Assembly: GCA_965247095.1 (NCBI GenBank)
Contig: OZ251997.1
Coordinates: forward strand, 2,144,001-2,208,000
From: Candidatus Multivorans sp.
GTDB lineage: Bacteria > Acidobacteriota > Thermoanaerobaculia > Multivoradales > Multivoraceae
Direction: 5' to 3'
Length of the DNA: 64,000 nucleotides
Below, in pieces: positions 1 through 15,000 of the stretch. The notes under the pieces are model-generated. The model was not told where the DNA came from. It was given only the letters and a program-made list of their open reading frames with translations, and made no database searches. The translations under genes and the position numbers were made by a program. Positions within the stretch are counted from its first letter, which is position 1. Every line of letters starts with the position of its first letter.

Positions 1-3000
1 ACTACGAGAACGCCGCCGACGCCGATACCAACAACACCTACCTGGTGACAGTGGAAGCTGACGACGGCACCGACACCGGCACGCTGGCCGTCACCGTCAC
101 CGTGACCGACGTGGCGAGTGCAGCCCCGGTCTTTGTCGGATATGGCACAACGGCGGACTTCACTTACGAGGAGAACGGCACGGCGGCGGTCCAGGCCTTC
201 ACGGTCACCACTCAAGACAGTAGTGATTCGGTCTACGTCCACATCTCTACTGGTGATGATGACGACGACTTCGTCGGAGTCTGGAGCAACGGTACGTTCA
301 CCCTGGCGTTCGACCGTCAGCCCAACTACGAGGATCCTCACGACGAGGACACCGACAACGAATACGAGGTCAATCTGCAGGCTGTCGCCGTGGGCAGCAC
401 CATCCTTGTCTCCTCGCTAGTGATTGACGTTACCGTGACCGACGTGGAGGAAGATCCCCTCTTCGGCGGCGACACAGGCGGCTTCGTCACCGAGGACGAC
501 TCCACCACAACCGTCAGCGGCACCCTGACCGTTAACGACGACGACGACACAACCATCATCGCTCAGAGCAATACCGCCGGGACCTACGGGTCCTTCTCCA
601 TCACTTCCACCGGCGCCTGGACGTACACTCTCGACAACACCGATCCCAGCACCAACGCCCTCGACGTCGGCGAGGACGTCACCGAGAGCTTCACCGTCTA
701 CGCCTCCGACGGCACCAGCCAGGATGTCGTCATCACCATCTCCGGCTACGACGACGCCCCCGCCGTTACTGGACCAACGGCGCCCTTGTACGCCGAGAAC
801 GGCACGGATCCGGTGGCGATCTACTCGGCCATCGACCCGGAAGGGCATTCTTTCCAGTGGGCTTTCTTGGGGGACGATACGACGCGATTCTCCTACAGTC
901 GCATCGCGAACACGCCCGACATCGAGTTGAATTTCGTGAGCACCGACCGGCCCGACTACGAGACCCCTGCCGACACGAACAGTGACAACGCCTATGAGCT
1001 AGCTCTGCTTCCCTATGCGTCCGGCACCAGGACCGGCTATCCGTACTACGTCACCGTATCCGTCACCGACGTGAACGAAGCCCCCACCTTCGACGAGGGG
1101 TCCAGTACGACCCGCTCCATCGACGAGAACTCGCCGCCGGGGACGCCAGTGGGAAACGCCGTCACGGCGACCGACCCGGACACCAACACGGCGTACTCCT
1201 CGCTGGCCTACTCCCTCTCGGGCACCGACGCCTCCTCCTTCGACATCCATGCCACGACCGGCCAGATCTCCGTGGCCAACGGCGCCACGCTCGACTGGGA
1301 AAGTAAGACCAGCTACTCCGTCACCGTGGAGGTCTCCGACCGCAGGCACGCCGGCGGCGCCCCCGACTCCACCATCGACGACACCATTGCCGTCACCATC
1401 AACGTGAACGACGCAAGTATCAATCTGGCGGTGAACACGACGAGCGTGGCCGAGGACGACGGCGCGACCACGGTGACGGTGACGGCGACGTTGGACGGCG
1501 GCGCGATCGGTAGCGCGACGACGGTGTCGGTCTCGGTGGCGGGAAGCGGGACGAACACGGCGGTGGACTTCGCGGCAGTCACGACTTTCAATATCAACAT
1601 CCCGGCGAACGTGTCGTCGGCGACGGGAACGTTCACGCTCACGCCGACCGATGACACGGTGGACGAGACGGACGAGACGGTGACGGTGACGGGCATTGCC
1701 GGCACGTTGACGGTCGCTTCGGCGACGCTGAGCCTGACGGACGACGAAACGACGCCGACGGTGACTTTGGCGTTGGACGACAACTCGGTGAGCGAGAACG
1801 GCGGGCAGGCCACGGTGACGGCGAGTCTGAGCGGGGCGTCGAGCGCGGTGACCACAGTGACCGTGTCGGCGGCGGCAGTGCCGCCCGCGGTTGCCGCGGA
1901 CCTCACGCTGACAGGCACGACGCTGACGATCGCAGCAGGCGACACCTCGAGCACCGGGCTGGTGACCATCACCGGGGTCGATAACAACGTGGCCGCATCC
2001 AACAAGACGGTGAACGTCTCGGCGAGCGTGAGCGGCGGCAACGGTGTGGCGGCGCCGGCCGGCACGACCCTGACGCTGGAGGACGATGACGCGGCGGGAA
2101 TCACGCTGTCGGTGAGCCAGGCGAGCGTAGCCGAGGACGCCGACCCGACCGATGTGACGGTGACGGCCACGGTGACCGACGGCAATACCCTCGCCGCGGC
2201 CCAGAGCGTGACGGTGGCGGTGGGCACGGCGGGCGACGCGGCGTCGGAAGGAGAGGACTACGAGACGGTCGCCGACTTCACGATCACCATCGAGGCGGGC
2301 AGCACGAGCGAGACCGGCACGTTCAGCCTCGATCCGACCGATGACGAGCTGGACGAGGGGACCGGCGAGACGCTGAGTGTTGGGGGCAGCACGACGGGCG
2401 GGGCAACGGTCACCGGGACCACGGTGACGATCACCGACAACGACGCGGCGCCCAGCGGGATCACGCTGTCGGTGAGCCCGACCATCGTGATCGAGGGCGC
2501 CGGCCCGACCACGGTGACGGTCACGGCGACGGTGGAGGGCGGCACGACCTACGCCACGGCCCAAGGCGTGACGGTGGAGGTGGGCGCGGCGGGCGACGCG
2601 GCGACGGAAGGCACCGACTACGCGGCGGTCGACGACTTCACCGTCACCATCCCGGCAGGCAGCACGAGCGATACCGGCACGTTCAGCCTCGATGCCACCG
2701 ATGACGAGCTGGACGAGGGGAACGGCGAGACGCTGAGCGTGAGCGGCACGCTGAGCGGCGTGACGGTCACCCCGGCCGCGGTGACGATAACCGACGAAGC
2801 CCCCTCGCCGCCTGCCGCGCCCACCAACCTCACTGCCACGGCCGGCAACGCGCAAGTGACCCTCGCCTGGGAGGACCCCGGCGACTCGAGCATCACCGGC
2901 TACAGATACCTGCAGAGCACCGACGGCGGCATGACGTTTGGGACGGGCACGACGATCACGGGCTCGGGCGCCAACACCACGAGCTACGTCGTCGACCAGG

Positions 3001-6000
3001 TCACGAGCGGCACCGCCTACACGTTCAAGGTCCAGGCGCAGAACCCGGGCGGCTGGAGCGCTTCGTCCAACGAGGCCACCGCAACCCCGCAGCAGCCGCC
3101 GCCCGGCGCGCCCACAAACTTCATCGCCACCGCCGGCAACGCGCAGGTGACCCTCGCCTGGGCAAACCCCAACGACTCCAACATCACCGCCTACCGGTAC
3201 CGCCAGAGCACTGACGGCGGCACGACGTTCGGGACGTTCACGACGATCACGGGCTCGGGCGCCAACACCACGAGCCACGTCGTCGACCAGCTCACCAACG
3301 GCGCCGCCTACACCTTCGAGATCCAGGCGCAGAACACGGGAGGCTGGAGCGACTTGTCCACCCAGGCCACCGCGACCCCGATCGCGCCTCCCGTCGTGCC
3401 CACGAACCTCGCTGCCACCGCCGGCAACGGGATAGTCATCCTGGGCTGGGCAGACCCCAGAGACTCCAGCATCACCGCCTACCGGTACCGCCAGAGCACC
3501 GACGGCGGCGCCACGTTCGGGGCGTTCACGACGATCTCAGGCTCGGGCGCCAACACCACGAGCCACGTCGTTGACCAGCTCACCAGCGGCACCGCCTACA
3601 CCTTCGAGATCCAGGCGAAAAACGCGGGTGGCTGGAGCGGCTCGTCCAACCGGGCCACCGCGACCCCGATCGCGCCGCCCGGCGCGCCCACAAACTTCAT
3701 CGCCACCGCCAGCAACGCGCAGGTGACCCTCGCCTGGGCAAACCCCAACGACTCCAACATCACCGCCTACCGGTACCGCCAGAGCACTGACGGCGGCGCC
3801 ACGTTCGGGACGTTCACGACGATCGCGGGCTCGGGCGCCTCCACCACGAGCCACGTCGTCGACCAGCTCACCAACGGCACCGCCTACACGTTCGAAATCC
3901 AGGCGCAGAACGCGGGAGGCTGGAGCACTTCGTCCATCCAGGCCACCGCGACCCCGATGGTGCCTGCTGGCACGCCCACGGGCCTAACGGCCACCGCCGG
4001 CAACGGGATAGTGACCCTCGGCTGGGCAAATCCCAGCGACCCCAGCATCCTCCGCTACCGCTACCGGCAGAGCACCGACGGCGGCGCCACGTTCGGGGCG
4101 TTCGTGACAATCGCGGGCTCGGGCGCCAACACTACGAGCCACATCGTCACCGGGCTCACCAACGGCAGTACCTACACGTTCGAAATCCAGGCGCAGCGCT
4201 CGTTTGGCTGGAGCCCTTCGTCCAACCGAGCTTCCGCGGCCCTGCTAACCGCGCCTCCCGTCGCGCCCACGGTCCTCACTGCCACCGCCGGCAACGGAAT
4301 AGTGACCCTCGAATGGGAAAACCCCAATGACACCAACATCACGGCTTACCGGTACCGGCAGAGCACCGACGGCGGCGCCACGTTCGGGGCGTTCGTGACA
4401 ATCGCGGGCTCGGGCGCCTCCACCACGAGCCACGTCGTGGGCCAGCTCACCAACGGCACCGCTTACACGTTCGAGATCCAGGCGCAAAACACAGTCGGCT
4501 GGAGTGCTTCCTCCAACCAGGACACCGCGACCCCGATCGAGCCTCTTGGCGCGCCCACGAGCCTCACCGCCACCGCCGGCAACGCGCAGGTGACCCTGGG
4601 CTGGGCAAACCCCAACGACACCAGCATCACGGCCTACCGCTACCGGCAGAGCACCAACGGCGGAGTGTCGTTCGGGGTGTTCGCGACGATCGCGGGCTCG
4701 GGCGCCAACACCACGAGCCACGTCGTTATCCAGCTCACCAACGGCACCGCCTACACGTTCGAGATCCAGGCGCAGCGCTCGGCGGTCTGGAGCGCTTCGT
4801 CCAACCAGGCCGCCGCGACCCCGATCGCGCCTCCTGACTCGCCCTTGAACCTCACCGCCACCGCCGGCAACGGGACAGCAATCCTCGGCTGGGCAGAACC
4901 CGACGACGCCAGCATCACGGCCTACCGCTACCGGCAGAGCACCGACGGCGGCACGACGTTCGGGGCGTTCACGACGATCGCAGGCTCGAGTGCCTCCACC
5001 ACGAGCCACATCGTTTCCCAGCTCACCAACGGCACCGCCTACACGTTCGAGATCCAGGCGCAGCGCTCGTCGGACTGGAGCGCTTCGTCCAACCAGGCCA
5101 CAGCGACCCCGTTCGCGCCTCCCGCCGCGCCCACGAGCTTCACCGCGACCACCGGCAACGGGCAGGTGACCCTCGACTGGGCGGAACCCTACGACTCCAG
5201 CATCACCGCCTACCGGTACCGGCAGAGCACCGACGGCGGCACGACGTTCGGGGCGTTCACGACGATCACGGGCTCGGGCGCCAACACCACGAGCCACGTC
5301 GTCGCCCAGCTCACCAACGGCACCGCCTACACATTCGAGATCCAGGCGCAAAACGCGAGCGGCTGGAGCGCTTCGTCCAACCGGGCCGCCGCGACCCCGA
5401 TCGTGCCTACCGCAACGCCCACGGGCCTCACCGCCACCGCCGGCAACGCGCAGGTTACCCTTGGGTGGGCAGACCCCAACGACTCCAGCATCACCGCCTA
5501 CCGGTACCGGCAGAGCACCAACGGCGGAGTGTCGTTCGGGGCGTTCGTGACAATCGCGGGCTCGGGCGCCGCCACCACGAGCCACGTCGTTTCCCAGCTC
5601 ACGAACGGCATCGCCTACACGTTCGAGATCCAGGCGCAGCGCTCGTCAGGCTGGAGCGCTTCGTCAAACCAGGCCACAGCGACCCCGTTCGCGCCTCCCG
5701 ACGCGCCCACGAGCTTCACCGCGACCGCTGGCGACGGGCGGGTGACCCTCGGGTGGGCGGAACCCTACGACCGATCCAGCATCACCGCCTACCGGTACCG
5801 GCAGAGCACCGACGGCGGCACGACGTTCGGAGCGTTCAGAACGATTACAGGTTCGGGCGCCTCCACCACGAGCCACACCGTCTCCCAGCTCACCAACGGC
5901 ACCGAGTACACATTCGAGGTCCAGGCGCAAAACGCGAGCGGCTGGAGCGTTTCGTCCAGTCAGGCCACGGTCGCCCCGCAGATCGCGTCTCCCGCCGCAC

Positions 6001-9000
6001 CCGCGGGCCTCAACGCCACCGCCGGCAACGCGCAGGTAACCCTCGCCTGGGTAGACCCCAGCGACTCCGGCATCACCGCCTACCGCTACCGGCAGAGCAC
6101 CGACGGCGGCACCTTCGGAGACTTCACAACGATCGCGGGCTCGGGCGCATCGACTAAGAGTCACGTCGTCGGCCAGCTCACGAACGGCACCGCCTACACG
6201 TTCGAGATCCAGGCCCAGAACGCAGGCGGCTGGAGCGCTTCGTCAAACCAAACTACGGTCACCCCGCAGATCCAGCCTCCCGGCGCAGCCACGGGCCTCA
6301 CCGCCACCGCCGGCAACGGGCAGGTGACCCTCGGCTGGGTGAATCCCAGCGGCTCCGGCATGACCGCCTCCCGGTACCGGAAGAGCACCGACGGCGGCTT
6401 GACGTTCGGGGCGTTTACGACCATCACGGGCTCAGGCGCGAGCCACGTCGTGGACCAGCTCACCAACAACACCAGCTACACGTTTGTCGTCCAGGCGGGG
6501 AACGCCGGTGGCTGGAGTACCTCGTCCAACGAAGCCACCGCGACCCCAATACAGCCGTTGGTGGCCTCCTTCGCGGCGTCGAGCTACAGGACCACGGAGG
6601 GCGGCACCGCCGCCGCGGTGACGGTGAGTCTGGACCAGACGTCGGACAGGGCGCTGACGATCCCGATCACGACCGATCCGACGAGCGGCGACTTTTCTCT
6701 GTCGTCCACCAGCTTGACCTTCGCCAGCGGCGATCAGAGCAAGACGTTCACGGTGACCGCGAGCGAGGACGCGGACCTCGATGACGACACGGTGGAGCTG
6801 GGCTTCGGGACGCTGCCGACAGCCGTAACCGCGGGGAACCAGGCGACGGCGACGGTGGCGCTGGAGGACGACGACGGCGCGGCGCTGCAGGTGAGTTTCG
6901 GGGCGTCGACCTACACGGCGATCGAGAACGGCGCCGCCGTCACGGTGACGGTGAGCCTGGACGCGACGTCGGACAGGGCGCTGACGATCCCGATCACGAC
7001 CGATCCGGCGACCGGCGACTTTTCCCTGTCGGCCGACAGTTTGAGCTTCGCTGTGGGCGATCAGAGCAAGACGTTCACGGTGACCGCGAGCGAGGACGCG
7101 GACCTCGACGACGACACGGTGACCTTGAGCTTCGGCACCCTGCCGACGGGCGTGACCGCGGGGAGCCAGGCGACGGTGGCGCTGGAGGACGACGACGGCG
7201 CGGCGCTGCAGGTGAGTTTCGGGGCGTCGACCTACACGGCGATCGAGAACGGCGCCGCCGTCACGGTGACGGTGAGCCTGGACGCGACGTCGGACAGGGC
7301 GCTGACGATCCCGATCACGACCGATCCGGCGACCGGCGACTTTTCCCTGTCGGCCGACAGTTTGAGCTTCGCCAGCGGCGATCAGAGCAAGACGTTCACG
7401 GTGACCGCGAGCGAGGACGCGGACCTCGACGACGACACGGTGGAGCTGGGCTTCGGGACGCTGCCGACAGCCGTAACCGCGGGGAGCCAGGCGGCGGCGA
7501 CGGTGGCGCTGGAGGACGACGACGGCGCGGCGCTGCAGGTGAGTTTCGGGGCGTCGACCTACACGGCGATCGAGAACGGCGCCGCCGTCACGGTGACGGT
7601 GAGCCTGGACGCGACGTCGGACAGGGCGCTGACGATCCCGATCACGACCGATCCGGCGACCGGCGACTTTTCCCTGTCGGCCGACAGTTTGAGCTTCGCT
7701 GTGGGCGATCAGAGCAAGACGTTCACGGTGACCGCGAGCGAGGACGCGGACCTCGACGACGACACGGTGACCTTGAGCTTCGGCACCCTGCCGACAGCCG
7801 TAACCGCGGGGAGCCAGGCGACGGCGACGGTGGCGCTGGAGGACGACGACGGCGCGGCGCTGCAGGTGAGTTTCGGGGCGTCGACCTACACGGCGATCGA
7901 GAACGGCGCCGCCGTCACGGTGACGGTGAGCCTGGACGCGACGTCGGACAGGGCGCTGACGATCCCGATCACGACCGATCCGGCGACCGGCGACTTTTCC
8001 CTGTCGGCCGACAGTTTGAGCTTCGCTGTGGGCGATCAGAGCAAGACGTTCACGGTGACCGCGAGCGAGGACGCGGACCTCGACGACGACACGGTGACCT
8101 TGAGCTTCGGCACCCTGCCGACGGGCGTGACCGCGGGGAGCCAGGCGGCGGCGACGGTGGCGCTGGAGGACGACGACGGCGCGGCGCTGCAGGTGAGTTT
8201 CGGGGCGTCGACCTACACGGCGATCGAGGGCGAGGCGGCCGTCACGGTGACGGTGAGCCTGGACGCGACGTCGGACAGGGCGCTGACGATCCCGATCACG
8301 ACCGATCCGGCGACCGGCGACTTTTCCCTGTCGGCCGACAGTTTGAGCTTCGCTGTGGGCGATCAGAGCAAGACGTTCACGGTGACCGCGAGCGAGGACG
8401 CGGACCTCGACGACGACACGGTGACCTTGAGCTTCGGCACCCTGCCGACGGGCGTGACCGCGGGGAGCCAGGCGGCGGCGACGGTGGCGCTGGAGGACGA
8501 CGACGGCGCGGCGCTGCAGGTGAGTTTCGGGGCGTCGACCTACACGGCGATCGAGGGCGAGGCGGCCGTCACGGTGACGGTGAGCCTGGACGCGACATCG
8601 GACCGGGCGCTGACGATCCCGATCACGACCGATCCGACGAGCGGCGACTTTTCTCTGTCGTCCACCAGCTTGACCTTCGCCAGCGGCGATCAGAGCAAGA
8701 CGTTCACGGTGACCGCGAGCGAGGACGCGGACCTCGACGACGACACGGTGGAGCTGGGCTTCGGGACGCTGCCGACGGCCGTAACCGCGGGGAACCAGGC
8801 GACGGTGACGGTGGCGCTGGAGGACGACGACGGCGCGGCGCTGCAGGTGAGTTTCGGGGCGTCGACCTACACGGCGATCGAGAACGGCGCCGCCGTCACG
8901 GTGACGGTGAGCCTCGACGCGACATCGGACCGGGCGCTGACGATCCCGATCACGACCGATCCGACGAGCGGCGACTTTTCTCTGTCGTCCACCAGCTTGA

Positions 9001-12000
9001 CCTTCGCCAGCGGCGATCAGAGCAAGACGTTCACGGTGACCGCGAGCGAGGACGCGGACCTCGATGACGACACGGTGGAGCTGGGCTTCGGGACGCTGCC
9101 GACGGCCGTAACCGCGGGGAACCAGGCGACGGCGACGGTGGCGCTGGAGGACGACGACGGCGCGGCGCTGCAGGTGACCTTCGGGGCGTCGACCTACACG
9201 GCGATCGAGAACGGCGCCGCCGTCACGGTGACGGTGAGCCTCGACGCGACATCGGACCGGGCGCTGACGATCCCGATCACGACCGATCCGACGAGCGGCG
9301 ACTTTTCTCTGTCGTCCACCAGCTTGACCTTCGCCAGCGGCGATCAGAGCAAGACGTTCACGGTGACCGCGAGCGAGGACGCGGACCTCGATGACGACAC
9401 GGTGGAGCTGGGCTTCGGGACGCTGCCGACGGCCGTAACCGCGGGGAACCAGGCGGCGGCGACGGTGGCGCTGGAGGACGACGACGGCGCGGCGCTGCAG
9501 GTGAGTTTCGGAGCGTCGACCTACACGGCGATCGAGAACGGCGCCGCCGTCACGGTGACGGTGAGCCTCGACGCGACATCGGACCGGGCGCTGACGATCC
9601 CGATCACGACCGATCCGACGAGCGGCGACTTTTCTCTGTCGGCCACCAGTTTGACCTTCGCCAGCGGCGATCAGAGCAAGGCGTTCACGGTGACCGCGAG
9701 CGAGGATGCGGACCTCGACGACGAGACGGTAACGCTGAGCTTCGGCACCTTGCCGACGGGCGTCACCGCCGGCACGCCGTCGTCGGCGGCGGTGACGCTG
9801 GAGGACGACGACGACGACGCGGAGGCGTTGACGGTGACCTTCGGGAAGTCGACCTACACGGCGATCGAGAACGGCGCCGCCGCCTCGGTGACGGTGGGTC
9901 TGGACAAGATGTCGGACCGGGCGCTGACGATCCCGATCAGCCTCTCGCCGTCGACCGGCGACTTCAGCGCATCGTCCACCAGTCTGAGCTTCGCGGCAGG
10001 CGACCAGACCAAGACGATCACGGTGACCGCGAGCGAGGACGCGGACCTCGACGACGAGACGGTGACGCTGAGCTTCGGCACCTTGCCGACGGGCGTCACC
10101 GCCGGCACGCCGTCGTCCGCGGCGGTGACGCTGGAGGACGACGACGACGACGCGGAGGCGTTGACGGTGACCTTCGGGAAGTCGACCTACACGGCGATCG
10201 AGAACGGCGCCGCCGCCTCGGTGACGGTGGGTCTGGACAAGATGTCGGACCGGGCGCTGACGATCCCGATCAGCCTCTCGCCGTCGACCGGCGACTTCAG
10301 CGCATCGTCCACCAGTCTGAGCTTCGCGGCAGGCGACCAGACCAAGACGATCACGGTGACCGCGAGCGAGGACGCGGACCTCGACGACGAGACGGTGACG
10401 CTGAGCTTCGGCACCTTGCCGACGGGCGTCACCGCCGGCACGCCGTCATCGGCGGCGGTGACGCTGGAGGACGACGACGACGACGCGGAGGCGTTGACGG
10501 TGACCTTCGGCGCGTCGACCTACACGGCGATCGAGAACGGCGCCGCAGCGGCGGTGACGGTCGGTCTGGACAAGATGTCGGACCGGGCGCTGACCATCCC
10601 GATCACCCTCTCGCCGTCGACCGGGGACTTCAGCGCATCGTCCACCAGCCTGAGCTTCGCGGCAGGCGACCGGACCAAGACGATCACGGTGACCGCGAGC
10701 GAGGATGCGGACCTCGCCGACGAGACGGTGACGCTGAGCTTCGGCACCCTGCCGACGGGCGTCACCGCCGGCACGCCGTCGTCGGCGGCGGTGACGCTGG
10801 AGGACGACGACGACGCCGCGGAGGCGTTGACGGTGACCTTCGGGAAGTCGACCTACACGGCGATCGAGAACGGCGCCGCCGCCTCGGTGACGGTGGGTCT
10901 GGACAAGATGGCGGACCGGGCGCTGACCATCCCGATCACCCTCTCGCCGTCGACCGGGGACTTCAGCGCATCGTCCACCAGCCTGAGCTTCGCGGCAGGC
11001 GACCAGACCAAGACGATCACGGTGACCGCGAGCGAGGACGCGGACCTCGACGACGAGACGGTGACGCTGAGCTTCGGCACCTTGCCGACGGGCGTCACCG
11101 CCGGCACGCCGTCGTCGGCGGCGGTGACGCTGGAGGACGACGACGACGCCGCGGAGGCGTTGACGGTGACCTTCGGGAAGTCGACCTACACGGCGATCGA
11201 GAACGGCACTGCGGCAGCGGTGACGGTGGGTCTGGACAAGATGGCGGACCGGGCGCTGACCATCCCGATCACCCTCTCGCCGTCGACCGGGGACTTCAGC
11301 GCATCGTCCACCAGCCTGAGCTTCGCGGCAGGCGACCAGACCAAGACGATCACGGTGACCGCGAGCGAGGACACGGACCTCGACGACGAGACGGTGACGC
11401 TGAGCTTCGGCACCTTGCCGACGGGCGTCACCGCCGGCACGCCGTCGTCGGCGGCGGTGACGCTCGAGGACGACGACGACGCCGCGGAGGCGTTGACGGT
11501 GACCTTCGGGGCGTCGACCTACACGGCGATCGAGAACGGCGCCGCCGTCACGGTGACGGTGAGTCTGGACGCGACGTCGGACCGGGCGCTGACGATCCCG
11601 ATCAGCCTTTCGCCGTCGACCGGCGACTTCAGCGCATCGTCCACCAGTCTGAGCTTCGCGGCAGGCGACCAGACCAAGACGATCACGGTGACCGCGAGCG
11701 AGGACGCGGACCTCGACGACGAGACGGTGACGCTGAGCTTCGGCACCTTGCCGACGGGCGTCACCGCCGGCACGCCGTCGTCGGCGGCGGTGACGCTCGA
11801 GGACGACGACGACGCCGCGGAGGCGTTGACGGTGACCTTCGGCGCGTCGACCTACACGGCGATCGAGAACGGCGCCGCCGTCACGGTGACGGTGGGTCTG
11901 GACAAGATGGCGGACCGGGCGCTGACCATCCCGATCACCCTTTCGCCGTCGACCGGCGACTTCAGCGCATCGTCCACCAGTCTGAGCTTCGCGGCAGGCG

Positions 12001-15000
12001 ACCAGACCAAGACGATCACGGTGACCGCGAGCGAGGACGCGGACCTCGACGACGAGACGGTGACGCTGAGCTTCGGCACCTTGCCGACGGGCGTCACCGC
12101 CGGCACGCCGTCGTCCGCGGCGGTGACGCTGGAGGACGACGACGACGACGCGGAGGCGTTGACGGTGACCTTCGCGGCGTCGACCTACACGGCGATCGAG
12201 AACGGCGCCGCCGCCTCGGTGACGGTGGGTCTGGACAAGATGGCGGACCGGGCGCTGACCATCCCGATCACCCTCTCGCCGTCGACCGGGGACTTCAGCG
12301 CATCGTCCACCAGCCTGAGCTTCGCGGCAGGCGACCAGACCAAGACGATCACGGTGACCGCGAGCGAGGACACGGACCTCGACGACGAGACGGTGACGCT
12401 GAGCTTCGGCACCTTGCCGACGGGCGTCACCGCCGGCACGCCGTCGTCGGCGGCGGTGACGCTCGAGGACGACGACGACGCCGCGGAGGCGTTGACGGTG
12501 ACCTTCGGGGCGTCGACCTACACGGCGATCGAGAACGGCGCCGCCGTCACGGTGACGGTGAGTCTGGACGCGACGTCGGACCGGGCGCTGACGATCCCGA
12601 TCAGCCTTTCGCCGTCGACCGGCGACTTCAGCGCATCGTCCACCAGCCTGAGCTTCGCGGCAGGCGACCAGACCAAGACGATCACGGTGACCGCGAGCGA
12701 GGACGCGGACCTCGATGACGAGACGGTAACGCTGAGCTTCGGCACCTTGCCGACGGGCGTCACCGCCGGCACGCCGTCGTCGGCGGCGGTGACGCTGGAG
12801 GACGACGACGACGACGCGGAGGCGTTGACGGTGACCTTCGCGGCGTCGACCTACACGGCGATCGAGAACGGCGCCGCCGCCTCGGTGACGGTGGGTCTGG
12901 ACAAGATGGCGGACCGGGCGCTGACGATCCCGATCACCCTCTCGCCGTCGACCGGGGACTTCAGCGCATCGTCCACCAGCCTGAGCTTCGCGGCAGGCGA
13001 CCAGACCAAGACGATCACGGTGACCGCGAGCGAGGACGCGGACCTCGACGACGAGACGGTGACGCTGAGCTTCGGCACCTTGCCGACGGGCGTCACCGCC
13101 GGCACGCCGTCGTCGGCGGCGGTGACGCTGGAGGACGACGACGACGACGCGGAGGCGTTGACGGTGACCTTCGCGGCGTCGACCTACACGGCGATCGAGA
13201 ACGGCGCCGCCGCCTCGGTGACGGTGGGTCTGGACAAGATGGCGGACCGGGCGCTGACGATCCCGATCAGCCTTTCGCCGTCGACCGGCGACTTCAGCGC
13301 ATCGTCCACCAGTCTGAGCTTCGCGGCAGGCGACCAGACCAAGACGATCACGGTGACCGCGAGCGAGGACGCGGACCTCGATGACGAGACGGTAACGCTG
13401 AGCTTCGGCACCTTGCCGACGGGCGTCACCGCCGGCACGCCGTCGTCGGCGGCGGTGACGCTCGAGGACGACGACGACGCCGCGGAGGCGTTGACGGTGA
13501 CCTTCGGGAAGTCGACCTACACGGCGATCGAGAACGGCACTGCGGCAGCGGTGACGGTGGGTCTGGACAAGATGGCGGACCGGGCGCTGACGATCCCGAT
13601 CAGCCTTTCGCCGTCGACCGGCGACTTCAGCGCATCGTCCACCAGTCTGAGCTTCGCGGCAGGCGACCAGACCAAGACGATCACGGTGACCGCGAGCGAG
13701 GACGCGGACCTCGACGACGAGACGGTGACGCTGAGCTTCGGCACCTTGCCGACGGGCGTCACCGCCGGCACGCCGTCGTCGGCGGCGGTGACGCTGGAGG
13801 ACGACGACGACGCCGCGGAGGCGTTGACGGTGACCTTCGGGAAGTCGACCTACACGGCGATCGAGAACGGCACTGCGGCAGCGGTGACGGTGGGTCTGGA
13901 CAAGATGGCGGACCGGGCGCTGACCATCCCGATCACCCTCTCGCCGTCGACCGGCGACTTCAGCGCATCGTCCACCAGTCTGAGCTTCGCGGCAGGCGAC
14001 CAGACCAAGACGATCACGGTGACCGCGAGCGAGGACGCGGACCTCGACGACGAGACGGTGACGCTGAGCTTCGGCACCTTGCCGACGGGCGTCACCGCCG
14101 GCACGCCGTCGTCCGCGGCGGTGACGCTGGAGGACGACGACGACGACGCGGAGGCGTTGACGGTGACCTTCGGGAAGTCGACCTACACGGCGATCGAGAA
14201 CGGCACTGCGGCAGCGGTGACGGTGAGTCTGGACGCGACGTCGGACCGGGCGCTGACGATCCCGATCAGCCTTTCGCCGTCGACCGGCGACTTCAGCGCA
14301 TCGTCCACCAGTCTGAGCTTCGCGGCAGGCGACCAGACCAAGACGATCACGGTGACCGCGAGCGAGGACGCGGACCTCGACGACGAGACGGTGACGCTGA
14401 GCTTCGGCACCTTGCCGACGGGCGTCACCGCCGGCACGCCGTCGTCCGCGGCGGTGACGCTGGAGGACGACGACGACGCCGCGGAGGCGTTGACGGTGAC
14501 CTTCGGGAAGTCGACCTACACGGCGATCGAGAACGGCACTGCGGCAGCGGTGACGGTGGGTCTGGACAAGATGGCGGACCGGGCGCTGACGATCCCGATC
14601 AGCCTTTCGCCGTCGACCGGCGACTTCAGCGCATCGTCCACCAGTCTGAGCTTCGCGGCAGGCGACCAGACCAAGACGATCACGGTGACCGCGAGCGAGG
14701 ACGCGGACCTCGACGACGAGACGGTGACGCTGAGCTTCGGCACCCTGCCGACGGGCGTCACCGCCGGCACGCCGTCGTCGGCGGCGGTGACGCTGGAGGA
14801 CGACGACGACGACGCGGAGGCGTTGACGGTGACCTTCGGGAAGTCGACCTACACGGCGATCGAGAACGGCGCCGCCGCCTCGGTGACGGTGGGTCTGGAC
14901 AAGATGTCGGACCGGGCGCTGACGATCCCGATCAGCCTCTCGCCGTCGACCGGCGACTTCAGCGCATCGTCCACCAGTCTGAGCTTCGCGGCAGGCGACC

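Noticed and set aside
999-6164. Long Arg-rich ORFs (e.g. 999..3278, 4245..5585) overlapping the adhesin
   Set aside because: Alternative-frame artefacts of high GC and biased codon use.
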